Origin: Candidatus Eiseniibacteriota bacterium | Lineage (GTDB): Bacteria > Eisenbacteria > RBG-16-71-46 | Assembly (NCBI GenBank): GCA_963717505.1 | Contig: OY970342.1 | Location: 3,968,001 to 4,032,000, forward strand | Length of the DNA: 64,000 nt | Direction: 5' to 3' | In this document: positions 13,422 to 21,488 of the stretch, piece after piece | Layout of the letters: the number at the start of each line of letters is the position of its first letter | Position numbering within the stretch: the stretch's first letter is position 1 | Position numbers and translations under genes: made by a program | Notes under the pieces: model-generated | Told to the model about the DNA's origin: nothing | The model's database searches: none | What the model saw: the letters and a program-made list of their open reading frames with translations, nothing else

Positions 13422-14580
13422 GACGTTTCTCCACGGGGAAGTTGAGCAGCACGGTGGTGCCGCGACCTTCGCGGCTCGCGATCTCGATCGTGCCGCCGTG
13501 CTCCTGCATGATGGTCTGAGAGATCGCAAGCCCGAGGCCGGTGCCGCGTGCGGGCTTGGTCGAGAAGAACGGGTCGAACAGCTTGGATCGGCAGCGCCGC
13601 GCGGAATCCCGACTCCGGTGTCGATCACGCGCATCTGCTGGTATTCGATCCATCCGGGATCCCCGGCGCGCGCGCCTCGCACGGCGTCCGAAGCCCGCCG
13701 GCCCGGCCCGCGGTTCGGGCGGCGTCGCCGCGCGCGGCGCACCTCGTAGCGCAGGGTTCCCCCCTCGGGCATCGCCTGGATCGCATTGAGCGGTCACGTT
13801 GAGCAGCACCTGGGTCACGAGATCGCGATCGACGTGCACGGCCGGAAGCGCGCGGGGCGCGTCGACCTCGACCGCGATCCCGGCGTCGGCGACGGTCTCG
13901 GCGGTCAGCTCGCGCACCCGCTCGAGGCAGCTGGCCGAGCTCATGCGGGTGCCAGCTCGGGCGTGCGCGGGCGCGCGTACTGGAGCAGGCTGGTCACGAT
14001 GTCGGTCGAGCCGCGCCACCTCGTCGAGGATCACCCGGACGAAGCGCGCGCGTTCGTCGCGCGGCTCGAAGCGTCGCAGCAGCACCTGGGCGCTGGTGCC
14101 GATGCCGGCGAGCGGATTGCGGATCTCGTGCGCGACCCCGGCCGACAGCTGTCCGAGGGTCGCCAGGCGCTCGTGCCGGCGCAGCTCCTGCTGCATGCGG
14201 CGCTGCTGGGTCAGGTCGCGGAGCAGAAGCAACACCCAGGGCGGCCGGCCGATCCTTCGGCTCCGGATCAGGACCGGCGTCCCCGCGCCATCGGGGCGGA
14301 GCAGAACGGTCTCACGCTCGGTGCGCGCGGCGGCCCGCGCCTCCCGCACCGGATCGTCGCCGGGCACGACGGTGCGCACGAAGCTCGACCCGGGCTCGCC
14401 GAGCGCTTGGCGCGGGCGCAGCCCCAGCAGGTGCTGGGCCGCGTCGTTGACGGATCGGACGCGGCCGCGGGGATCGAGGACCAGGACCCCCGCCTCCGAG
14501 GTGCGCATGAGGATGCGGAGCGCCGACTCGAAGGGGAAGCCGGTTCGGGATCGACTCGCCGCAACGCTCGCAGGCGCCAT
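13363..14580 (-). CDS. PAS-domain sensor histidine kinase, cytoplasmic (frameshifted)
   Basis: PAS (GVLVLDPRGRVRSVNDAA), VAHEIRNPLAGI, QVLLN, DTGVGIP, FDPFFSTK, GTGLGL. Confidence 0.88.
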   Translation of the reverse strand: MAPASVAASRSRTGFPFESALRILMRTSEAGVLVLDPRGRVRSVNDAAQHLLGLRPRQALGEPGSSFVRTVVPGDDPVREARAAARTERETVLLRPDGAGTPVLIRSRRIGRPPWVLLLLRDLTQQRRMQQELRRHERLATLGQLSAGVAHEIRNPLAGIGTSAQVLLRRFEPRDERARFVRVILDEVARLDRHRDQPAPVRAPAHARAGTRMSSASCLERVRELTAETVADAGIAVEVDAPRALPAVHVDRDLVTQVLLNVTAQCDPGDARGGNPALRGAPRAATPPEPRAGPAGFGRRARRARRGSRMDRIPADARDRHRSRDSARRCRSKLFDPFFSTKPARGTGLGLAISQTIMQEHGGTIEIASREGRGTTVLLNFPVEKRHGERRDSRSDRGRAHTPRR

Positions 14581-14679
14581 CAGGCCTCCTCGGGAAGTGG
14601 CGAAGTATCGCAGAGCCCGGCGGGAAAACGAAAGACGCCCGTCGCTCGACGCGACGCGCGCCTGGATGCTACGAGGACT

Positions 14680-14850
14680 TCAGTTGTGCTTGAGTTCTTC
14701 GATCACCGCCGCGACCAGCAAATCGCGAACCTCTTCCCGATCGTAGTGCCTTTCGGCGATACGGGTTTGGGCGACAGCCACCTTGGACCACCGAATCGCG
14801 GCCTCGACCGCTTCAGGTCGACTCGCCACTCTTCGGACGCGGGTCTTCAC
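14680..14850 (-). CDS. FlgM-like anti-sigma-28 small protein
   Basis: '[35 protein letters not shown]' resembles the FlgM C-terminal 'R..KV......I..G.Y' helix pair; follows csrA behind a sigma-28 promoter. Start uncertain (GTG 14850 or 14829). Confidence 0.5.
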   Translation of the reverse strand: MKTRVRRVASRPEAVEAAIRWSKVAVAQTRIAERHYDREEVRDLLVAAVIEELKHN

Positions 14851-15037
14851 TCGGCGGTCCCTGCTGGCGACGGTTTTCTTCTTGGATCCGCGCATAGATC
14901 TCTTCGCGATGGACCTTGACCTCAGGCGGCGCTTCGATGCCAAGCTTTACCTGGCCCGAACGGACTTCGAGGACGGTGATCTTCACAGAATCACCAATCC
15001 TGATGTTCTCGCCTAACTTCCGTGTTAGGACCAGCAT
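14813..15037 (-). CDS. csrA: Carbon storage regulator CsrA
   Basis: [48 protein letters not shown]. Confidence 0.96.
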   Translation of the reverse strand: MLVLTRKLGENIRIGDSVKITVLEVRSGQVKLGIEAPPEVKVHREEIYARIQEENRRQQGPPSEDPRPKSGEST

Positions 15038-15088
15038 CGTCGCCCATCCTCCGCTCGGCACCCGGACATTGAATCCGGGACACGAGTC

Positions 15089-15115
15089 GTATCGGCCCTG
15101 GTTTCAAACGGCTTA
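15089..15115 (-). promoter_or_regulatory. Sigma-28 promoter of csrA and the flgM-like gene
   Basis: Minus strand TAAG-N15-GCCGATAC versus consensus TAAA-N15-GCCGATAA. Confidence 0.75.
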
Positions 15116-15154
15116 AGTGGACAATACCCGGAACTTAGACGGCCTTCAAAGACC

Positions 15155-15182
15155 TTGACTCCAGGGGGTCGTCGGCTAGCCT
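15155..15182 (+). promoter_or_regulatory. Sigma-70-type promoter of the PP2C gene
   Basis: TTGACT-N16-TAGCCT, about 30 nt upstream of ATG 15214. Confidence 0.45.
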
Positions 15183-15213
15183 GCGCCGGGGGACCAACCC
15201 GGACCGGGGGGCC

Positions 15214-17682
15214 ATGTACCGCACCACCTCACTGCTTTCCTGGCTGTTGCTGCCCCTGGCCGCTTTTCTGGTCGCGAGCGCCCTGGGGCTGTCCCAGCAC
15301 CCCTATGTCGGGGCCGTACTGCGCGGGCCGGCCGTGGTCGCCGTCGACCCGGGCAGCCCGGCCGACCGTGCGGGGATCCGGGCGGGCGACCGCGTCCGGG
15401 CGTCGGCTTCGCCCCAGGCGGGAACGGCGGCCCGCCCCCTGGCGGACGCCACGATCGGACGACCGCTGACGCTCGAGATCGATCGTCAGGGCGAGTCGCG
15501 GACGGCGTGGCTGGTGCCCGATCGGCTGCCGGACGGCGATCGACGTCTGATCGGCGCGTTGCTGCTGGTGGCGTCGGGGTTCGTCTTGCTCGGCGGCTGG
15601 GTGTGGAGTGAACGTCGCGACCCTCTGACGCGCGCCTTCTTCCTCCTGTGTCTGGGGTTCGCGTTCCTGCTGGCGCCCCTGCCCCACGCGACCGGGCGCG
15701 CCGCGCACCTCATTCACGAAGCGGTGCTGACCGGCGTCACCGTCTTCCTGCCCGCCTGGTTCGTTCATTTCTTCGCACTGTTCCCCGACCGCAGTGCCCG
15801 CGGTGGGCGACGCGCGCTGGTCCAGGGCAGCTACCTGATCGCCACGGCACTGCTCGTGATCTCGCTCGCCCCGCTGGTCCTGACCTCGACCGGCCACGGC
15901 GCGATCGTGAACCCGATCGATCCCCTGCTCCAGGCGGTGGCCGCGTTGTGGTTCGCCGCCGGAGTCGTGATCGCCATCGCCCTGTTCGCCGCCGCCCTGC
16001 TCCAGGCTGAATCGAACGACGCGCGGCGCCGTCTGCGCGTCGCCTTTGCTGGAACGGTGCTCGGAGCGGCTCCGCTCGCGGCGTTGATCGTCGTCCGCAA
16101 CGTGGCGCCGGAAGTGTCGATTCCGGGGGAGCGTTTCGCCTTGTTGCTCGTGCTGTTCGTGCCGGCGTCGTTCGCGTGGGCGACCGTGATCCACCAGGTG
16201 TTCGACACGCGCGGAGCGCTGCGGATCGGCCTGGTCGCTGCGTTCCTCGGGCTGGTCGGCGCCGCGCTCTACGCGGCCGGTGAGTGGCTGGCGCTCGCCT
16301 GGTGGCCCAATCTGGGGAGCGGCATCGCCGGCGGGGCACTGGCGATGCTGGCGCTCGGAGCGTGCATCGCGGGACCGCTCGCGCCGCGACTCAGGATGTT
16401 CGGAAGCCGCGTCGTCCCCGAGCCCGGAACGCCATCGCTCACGACCTGGCTTGCGCGCGAGCCCGGCCTGCGCGACCTGCCCATGGAGCGGATCCTGCGC
16501 GAAGCCTGCGAGGTGGTCGCACGCTCCCTGCGTCTCGATGGCTGCGCGGTCGTGGTCTACGACGGCTTGCTCCCCTTCGGAACCACCGGGCACGGCACGC
16601 TGTCGGGAAACGGCTGGCCGGTCCCCGATCGATCGGCGTTTCGGGGGCAGGGCGTGCTGGCGCTCGAGGATGCTTCGCTTCCGACCGGCGATCGCGACCG
16701 CTTGGACCTGGCCGGAGTGCAATGGCTCGTGCCGATCGGTGAGAACCCGACTCGGGGCGTCATGGTGATCGGGCGGCGGCTCGCGGGATCGTGGCTCGGG
16801 CGAAGTGAGCAAGCCGAGCTCGAGAGTTTCTCGGCGCATCTCGCGATCGCGCTCGAGAACGAAGCGCTGCGGCGCGAGGCTTCGGCGCGCGGCCACCTGG
16901 ACCGCGAGCTGGCCGAGGCCGGCGCCATCCAGGCGCATCTGCTCCCTCGGCACGCGCCGGTGTTCCCGACGCTCGATTGCGCCGCCGCGGCACTCGCCAG
17001 CGAAACGGTGGGCGGCGACTACTACGATTTCATCCCGGGTCCCGGACGCGACTTCACGCTCGCGGTCGGCGACGCCGCGGGGAAAGGCGTGCCGGCAGCA
17101 CTGGTGTTGGCCGGAGTCCAGGCCCGGTTTCGCAGCCAGGCGGGGCGCGGACTCACGCCCGGGCGGCTGCTCGCCGAGCTCAATCAGGAACTGGTGGGTT
17201 TGGACCAGCCCGAGAAGTTCGTTGGACTGTTGTGCGCGCGTGTCGAAGTCCGCAGCGCGCGCATTTGTTTTGCCAACGCCGGGCTGACCCCGCCGCTGAT
17301 CCGCCGGCGAACGGGAGTGTTCGAGGAGTTCACCGCCGGCGGCATGCTGCTCGGCGTGCGCGCGCCCTCGACCTATCCCGAAACCTGGGTCGAGCTGGAT
17401 GCCGGCGACCTGGTGGTCATCTACTCCGACGGTCTGACCGAGGCCCGGCGCGGCGAGGAGATGTTCGGGGTCGAGGGGATCCAGCGAGTGCTCGAGGAGC
17501 ATCGGGAGCGCCGGGCAGCCGACATCCTCGAGGCCCTGCTCTCCGAGGTCCGGGCCTGGACCGATCAGCCCCTGGACGACGTGACCGTCGTGGTTCTGCG
17601 TCAGCTGACCCGGGCAGGCCGCCCCGGGGGTCCGCAAAACGCACTCAAGCGGACTCCGGTCACCGCCGATGCAATGGGGTGA
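15214..17682 (+). CDS. Membrane PDZ-GAF-SpoIIE/RsbU (PP2C) phosphatase
   Basis: PDZ (VDPGSPADRAGIRAGD), multiple TM helices, GAF-like segment, VGGDYYD, VGDAAGKG, YSDGLTEA, DDVTVV. Confidence 0.88.
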   Translation: MYRTTSLLSWLLLPLAAFLVASALGLSQHPYVGAVLRGPAVVAVDPGSPADRAGIRAGDRVRASASPQAGTAARPLADATIGRPLTLEIDRQGESRTAWLVPDRLPDGDRRLIGALLLVASGFVLLGGWVWSERRDPLTRAFFLLCLGFAFLLAPLPHATGRAAHLIHEAVLTGVTVFLPAWFVHFFALFPDRSARGGRRALVQGSYLIATALLVISLAPLVLTSTGHGAIVNPIDPLLQAVAALWFAAGVVIAIALFAAALLQAESNDARRRLRVAFAGTVLGAAPLAALIVVRNVAPEVSIPGERFALLLVLFVPASFAWATVIHQVFDTRGALRIGLVAAFLGLVGAALYAAGEWLALAWWPNLGSGIAGGALAMLALGACIAGPLAPRLRMFGSRVVPEPGTPSLTTWLAREPGLRDLPMERILREACEVVARSLRLDGCAVVVYDGLLPFGTTGHGTLSGNGWPVPDRSAFRGQGVLALEDASLPTGDRDRLDLAGVQWLVPIGENPTRGVMVIGRRLAGSWLGRSEQAELESFSAHLAIALENEALRREASARGHLDRELAEAGAIQAHLLPRHAPVFPTLDCAAAALASETVGGDYYDFIPGPGRDFTLAVGDAAGKGVPAALVLAGVQARFRSQAGRGLTPGRLLAELNQELVGLDQPEKFVGLLCARVEVRSARICFANAGLTPPLIRRRTGVFEEFTAGGMLLGVRAPSTYPETWVELDAGDLVVIYSDGLTEARRGEEMFGVEGIQRVLEEHRERRAADILEALLSEVRAWTDQPLDDVTVVVLRQLTRAGRPGGPQNALKRTPVTADAMG
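17645..17672 (+). promoter_or_regulatory. Sigma-28-type promoter at the 3' end of the PP2C gene
   Basis: TCAAG-N15-GCCGATGC. Confidence 0.6.
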
Positions 17683-17785
17683 GGCGACAGAGCGCCGCCT
17701 CCCCCGCCCGCGCTGCCAACCCACGGGCGGCCGCAGCTTACGGTTGACCGCGCTGTGCGCGACCTCGATGTCAGGAGGTCCGACC

Positions 17786-17842
17786 GTGGAGTTCGCTCTT
17801 ACGGTGCTCTTCCTCGACCTGCTGTGGTGGATTCGCCGCTAG
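17786..17842 (+). CDS. 18-aa hydrophobic small ORF MEFALTVLFLDLLWWIRR
   Basis: AGGAGGT Shine-Dalgarno at 17773-17779, GTG start, TAG stop; followed by several hairpins (17851-17890, 17891-17912). Confidence 0.5.
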   Translation: MEFALTVLFLDLLWWIRR

Positions 17843-17997
17843 TCAGCGGACTCCCCCGGCACCTCGCGTAGGTGGGCCGTTCCGGGGGGGCACGACGCTC
17901 CGGAGCGCCGTGTCTCTCTGGGATGGCTCGCGAGGGCGATAGCCTCTGAACACTGGGTCCGCGGCCCGGTCGAGCTCACCGGGTGCGCGGAGCGGTG

Positions 17998-18792
17998 CTA
18001 TGCGCCAAGTGCCGCCTCGAGAGAACGCGCCAACGCCACCACCCGGCCGCCGGCATCCTGCTCCGGGTTCTCGGCGATCGCGCGCATGAACGCGGCGCCG
18101 ACCACCACCGCGTCGGCCTTGCCGCGCAGCGCTGCAGCCTGATCGGGCGTCGAGATCCCGAATCCCACGGCGATCGGCAGCGAGGTTCCGGCGCGGACTT
18201 CGGCGATTCTCTGGGTGAGGTCCAAGGTCTCCCCGGCCGAGCGACCGGTGACCCCGGTGCGCGCCAGGCAATAGACGAACCCACGGCAGCGCTCGAGGAT
18301 TCCCGGCAGTCGCGCCGCGGGCGTCGTCGGTGCGACCAGCAGGACCGGATCGAGCCCGGCGTCGGTCAGGGCCTGCCAGGTTTCGGGCGACTCGTCGGGC
18401 GGCAGGTCCGAAACCAGGACGCCGTCGATTCCGGCTGCCGCCGCGTCCGAGGCAAACGTGCGGATGCCGAGTGCCAGGATCGGATTGGCGTAGGTCATGA
18501 CCACGACCGGAGTCTCGAAGCCGTCGACGCGGAACGAGCGCACGAGTTCGATCGCATCGGCGGCCCCGACGCCCTGGCGTACCGCCCACTCCGAGGAGCG
18601 CTGGATCTCGGCGCCGTCCGCGATCGGATCCGAGAACGGAATTCCGATCTCGAGCGCGAGCGCTCCGGTTTCGGCGAGGCGGCGCATGAGCGACGCGGTC
18701 GCCGGCAGCGAAGGATATCCGGCCGTCAGGTAGGGGATCAGTCCGGTGCGGCCGCGCGCCGCGGCGAAGGCGCGGGCTATGCGACCCGGCAC
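17998..18792 (-). CDS. trpA: Tryptophan synthase alpha chain
   Basis: LIPYLTAGYP, EIGIPFSDPIADG, MTYANP, DLPPDE, LVAPTT, GVTG, VGFGIS, DAVVVG. Confidence 0.95.
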   Translation of the reverse strand: MPGRIARAFAAARGRTGLIPYLTAGYPSLPATASLMRRLAETGALALEIGIPFSDPIADGAEIQRSSEWAVRQGVGAADAIELVRSFRVDGFETPVVVMTYANPILALGIRTFASDAAAAGIDGVLVSDLPPDESPETWQALTDAGLDPVLLVAPTTPAARLPGILERCRGFVYCLARTGVTGRSAGETLDLTQRIAEVRAGTSLPIAVGFGISTPDQAAALRGKADAVVVGAAFMRAIAENPEQDAGGRVVALARSLEAALGA

Positions 18793-18802
18793 GGACTCGC
18801 GA

Positions 18803-19276
18803 TCAGCGGGCGAAGTAGGGGTCGCGGATGTAGCCGAGGCCGCCGTTGTTGTACTGCAACGGCGAGCGCACGTCCTGGTATTGAACCTGGAGCACCATGT
18901 TCCGGTTCGGCCGCCACGCGAAATCGAGACCTTCGAGGAAGAAGGCGCTGTTCATTCGGCCACCGCTGCCGCCGAACTGGCTTCCGACGCTCACACTCAT
19001 CCAGATGGGCGCACGGAACTGATAGCCGAAGCGAGTGACCTGGAGCCCGTCCGAGGTGCCGCCGAATCCGGTGCCGACACTGACCGTGGTCGACATACTC
19101 AACCGAGACGGGTCGATGCCGAACTTGGGCTGAGCGAAACCGCTGATCGGAACCTGCGGGGTATAGCCGGGGCTCGAGAACGGTCCTGAGCCCGGCGTGT
19201 CGGCGCTCGCCGACCAAGCGGAGAATCCCGCGAGCAACGCCGCGAAGACCACGCCGAACACGATTCGCTGTCTCAT
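18803..19276 (-). CDS. Secreted hypothetical protein (beta-rich)
   Basis: Signal peptide MRQRIVFGVVFAALLAGFSAWSASA; preceded by TTGACA-N17-TACCGT (19286-19314). Confidence 0.65.
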   Translation of the reverse strand: MRQRIVFGVVFAALLAGFSAWSASADTPGSGPFSSPGYTPQVPISGFAQPKFGIDPSRLSMSTTVSVGTGFGGTSDGLQVTRFGYQFRAPIWMSVSVGSQFGGSGGRMNSAFFLEGLDFAWRPNRNMVLQVQYQDVRSPLQYNNGGLGYIRDPYFAR

Positions 19277-19369
19277 GGCTTTGAAACGGTACGCCCGAGC
19301 CTTTGGAGTGTCAACCACCACGTCACACAAGCCTGACAGTCGTCGCGGAGAACGACTCCGCAGGCACCA

Positions 19370-20486
19370 TCACTCTTCGGAGATGACGATGCGCACGATG
19401 ATCTCGCGCGTCGTGCCCCGAGGAATCGTGATGGGAATGACGGCCTCGGTCGCCCCGCCGCCTCCGGAGACCTCGACGGTCGCCTGCCTCAGGCCGGGGC
19501 GTTCGGCGGTCAGCTCGGGCGCGGGTGCGGCGCGACGCGCCTCGGGCTGGGGCTGGGGTTGGGGCTTCGGGCGCGCCATCGCGATCTCGGCGGCAACCGG
19601 CGCCGGCCGTTTCGCGGCGGGGGCCACGTTGCGAGTCTCGGGTTTCTGGAGCTGAACCGGCTCCGACTCGAGCTCGGCGACCGCCTCGCCCAGCCCCGGC
19701 AGGGCGACTTCGTTGCCGAAGTCGGCCGGCAGCGCCGGCGGACGGGGTCGTGCGGGGTTCGCCTGAGGTGTCTCGAGCATCGGACGCTTTGCGGCGGGTT
19801 CGGCCGCACGAGCGGCGGGAGCTGCGGGCGCCGCCGGCTCTTCGGCGGCCGCCTCGGCCTTGGGACGCGACGCCGGGCTGAACGCGGTGCGCTTGAGGTC
19901 GCGGGTCACCTTCTCCATCAGCAGGTGCGACACGCCGCGGAAGGTCTCGAACACGCCCTTGCCTTGACGTCGCCACCGCCTCGAAGAACGGCACCGTCGC
20001 CGGTCGGGTTCAGCTCGGCGTTCAGCTCTTCGACGGTGTAGACGTTGGGCAGATCGCGCTTGTTGTACTGGATCACCCAGGGAATCTCGTCGAGCTGCAG
20101 CCCGTACTCGGCGAGGTTGGTGCGCAGGTTCGGCGAGACTCTCCTTGTTCTCGTCCATCTTGCCGACTTCGCTGTCGGCCACGAACACGATCGCATCCGC
20201 GCCCTTGAGCACCAGCTTGCGCGTGGCGTTGTAGAACACCTGGCCCGGGCACGGTGTAGAGCAGGAAGCGGGTCTTGAAGCCCATGATCTCGCCGAGGTC
20301 GAGCGGCAGCAGGTCGAAGAACAGCGTCCGGTCGGACTGCGTCTTCATGCTGACCATCTTGCCGCGGCTGGTGTCGGGCACCGCCTCGTAGATGGCCTCG
20401 AGGTTGGTGGTCTTACCGCTCAGGCCGGCCCCGTAATAGACCAGCTTGGCGTTGATTTCTTTGCCCGAGTAGCTCACGACGACCAC
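19370..20486 (-). CDS. mglA: MglA-family small GTPase with a long Pro/Ala-rich C-terminal extension (frameshifted)
   Basis: [76 protein letters not shown]; strong RBS before GTG 20486. Confidence 0.9.
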
Positions 20487-20636
20487 GGTCCATTCCTCCT
20501 TGAGCGACCCCACCCTGTCGCAGAGGTGGATCCCATGGAGCCCCTTGCCGCCCTTTCTCCAATGGGCCTCGCGGGTGCTTGAACGACCTACTGCGATGCC
20601 TAAGCAAGGAGCCGCCGTCCTCGCACCGGATGGGGT

Positions 20637-20685
20637 CGCGATTCCCGGTCCGCGGCGATGACGCCGCGACTAGACCGGAATCGCG
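20637..20685. other. Long inverted repeat/hairpin in the mglA leader
   Basis: CGCGATTC(C)CGGTC-CGCGGCG-ATGA-CGCCGCG-acta-GACCGGAATCGCG. Confidence 0.6.
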
Positions 20686-20725
20686 CCACTCCGTTGACTG
20701 TGAGATCCCGCGGACTTCGAACCCG

Positions 20726-20753
20726 GTATCGGCCGGCGATCCGAGGGGCTTGA
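20726..20753 (-). promoter_or_regulatory. Sigma-28 promoter upstream of mglA
   Basis: Minus strand TCAAG-N15-GCCGATAC; -10 box identical to that of the csrA promoter. Confidence 0.7.
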
Positions 20754-20798
20754 ACCCGAAAAACGCCGCCGCTGCGGCGGTTCGCCTCGCGTCGGACT

Positions 20799-21220
20799 TC
20801 ATGCGACCTCGACCAGGGACTCGACGCGATGGATCCAGATGCCCGGCCGCTCGCGCACCTGCGCCCGAATCGCCTCGCCCCGGTCGCGATAGTGCGAGAG
20901 GAAGATCTCCTTCAGCCGCTCGCAGTCGCTCGGTCGGAAAGTAGCGACAGGCCCGGGTGAACATCTCGTCGCGACCGGAGTAGACGAACGCGGTGACCTC
21001 GGTGACCCGGTCGTACTGGGTCTCGCCGTAGGCGGCCTCCGGGGAGTCCTCCATGTCGAGCCACAGCGAGGCGCGCGGTATCGAGCACTTCGAAGCCGTG
21101 CTTGCGGGTCATCAGGTACTCCCACAGACCGAAGATCTCGAGCGGCACGAAGCGTGGCGTCGTCTCGCGCTCGGCCAGGCCCGGGCGAATGACGCAGCGC
21201 ACCAGCTTCTGGCTGGGCAT
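20799..21220 (-). CDS. Hypothetical protein of about 140 aa (two frameshifts)
   Basis: Joined reading MPSQKLVRCVIRP..FVPLEIFGLWEYLM / WLDMEDSPEAAYGETQYDRVTEV..RYFP / ERLKEIFLSHY..GIWIHR. Confidence 0.6.
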
Positions 21221-21366
21221 ATTGGAACCCTCCAGGCGGGAGTGTCGGCACCGGTGCGCCCCGATGGGCGCGGCCAAGTCGAGCGAGCGACTCGCCAGCA
21301 AAGGGCCGGTTCAGCGACTCCCCCACCGGTGTCGGCAACCGCGGGCGGCGTCTCGATGGAAATTCA

Positions 21367-21382
21367 TGCAGTTTGCACGCCG
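21367..21382 (-). promoter_or_regulatory. Possible sigma-54 promoter for the hypothetical-mglA unit
   Basis: Minus strand CGGCGTGCAAACTGCA (GG-N10-GC), similar to the site at 11699-11714. Confidence 0.4.
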
Positions 21383-21414
21383 GTCTAGGGTCACGGAGCG
21401 GGCAACCCCAGTCC

Positions 21415-21444
21415 TTGACAGGGTTTCGGGGCGCCGGATAGCTT
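21415..21444 (+). promoter_or_regulatory. Sigma-70-type promoter of the acyltransferase operon
   Basis: TTGACA-N18-TAGCTT. Confidence 0.5.
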
Positions 21445-21488
21445 CGGGCGCGCAAACCCGCCGCCCGGGGACCCAGGGAGACTGTCCT

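Noticed and set aside
15229-17724. 831-aa antisense ORF (likewise 3694-5262, 60553-63162, 28271-29851)
   Set aside because: These are shadow ORFs opposite well-supported genes in high-GC DNA and have no domain motifs.
17680-17997. CsrB/RsmZ-like sRNA (several GGA triplets near csrA)
   Set aside because: GGA density is not clearly above expectation for this GC content, and few sites are ANGGA in hairpin loops.
20700-20760. tRNA T-arm-like words (minus strand GGGTTCAAGCCC and GGGTTCGAAGTCC)
   Set aside because: I could not build a cloverleaf, D arm or anticodon arm; the stretch is better explained as the sigma-28 promoter.
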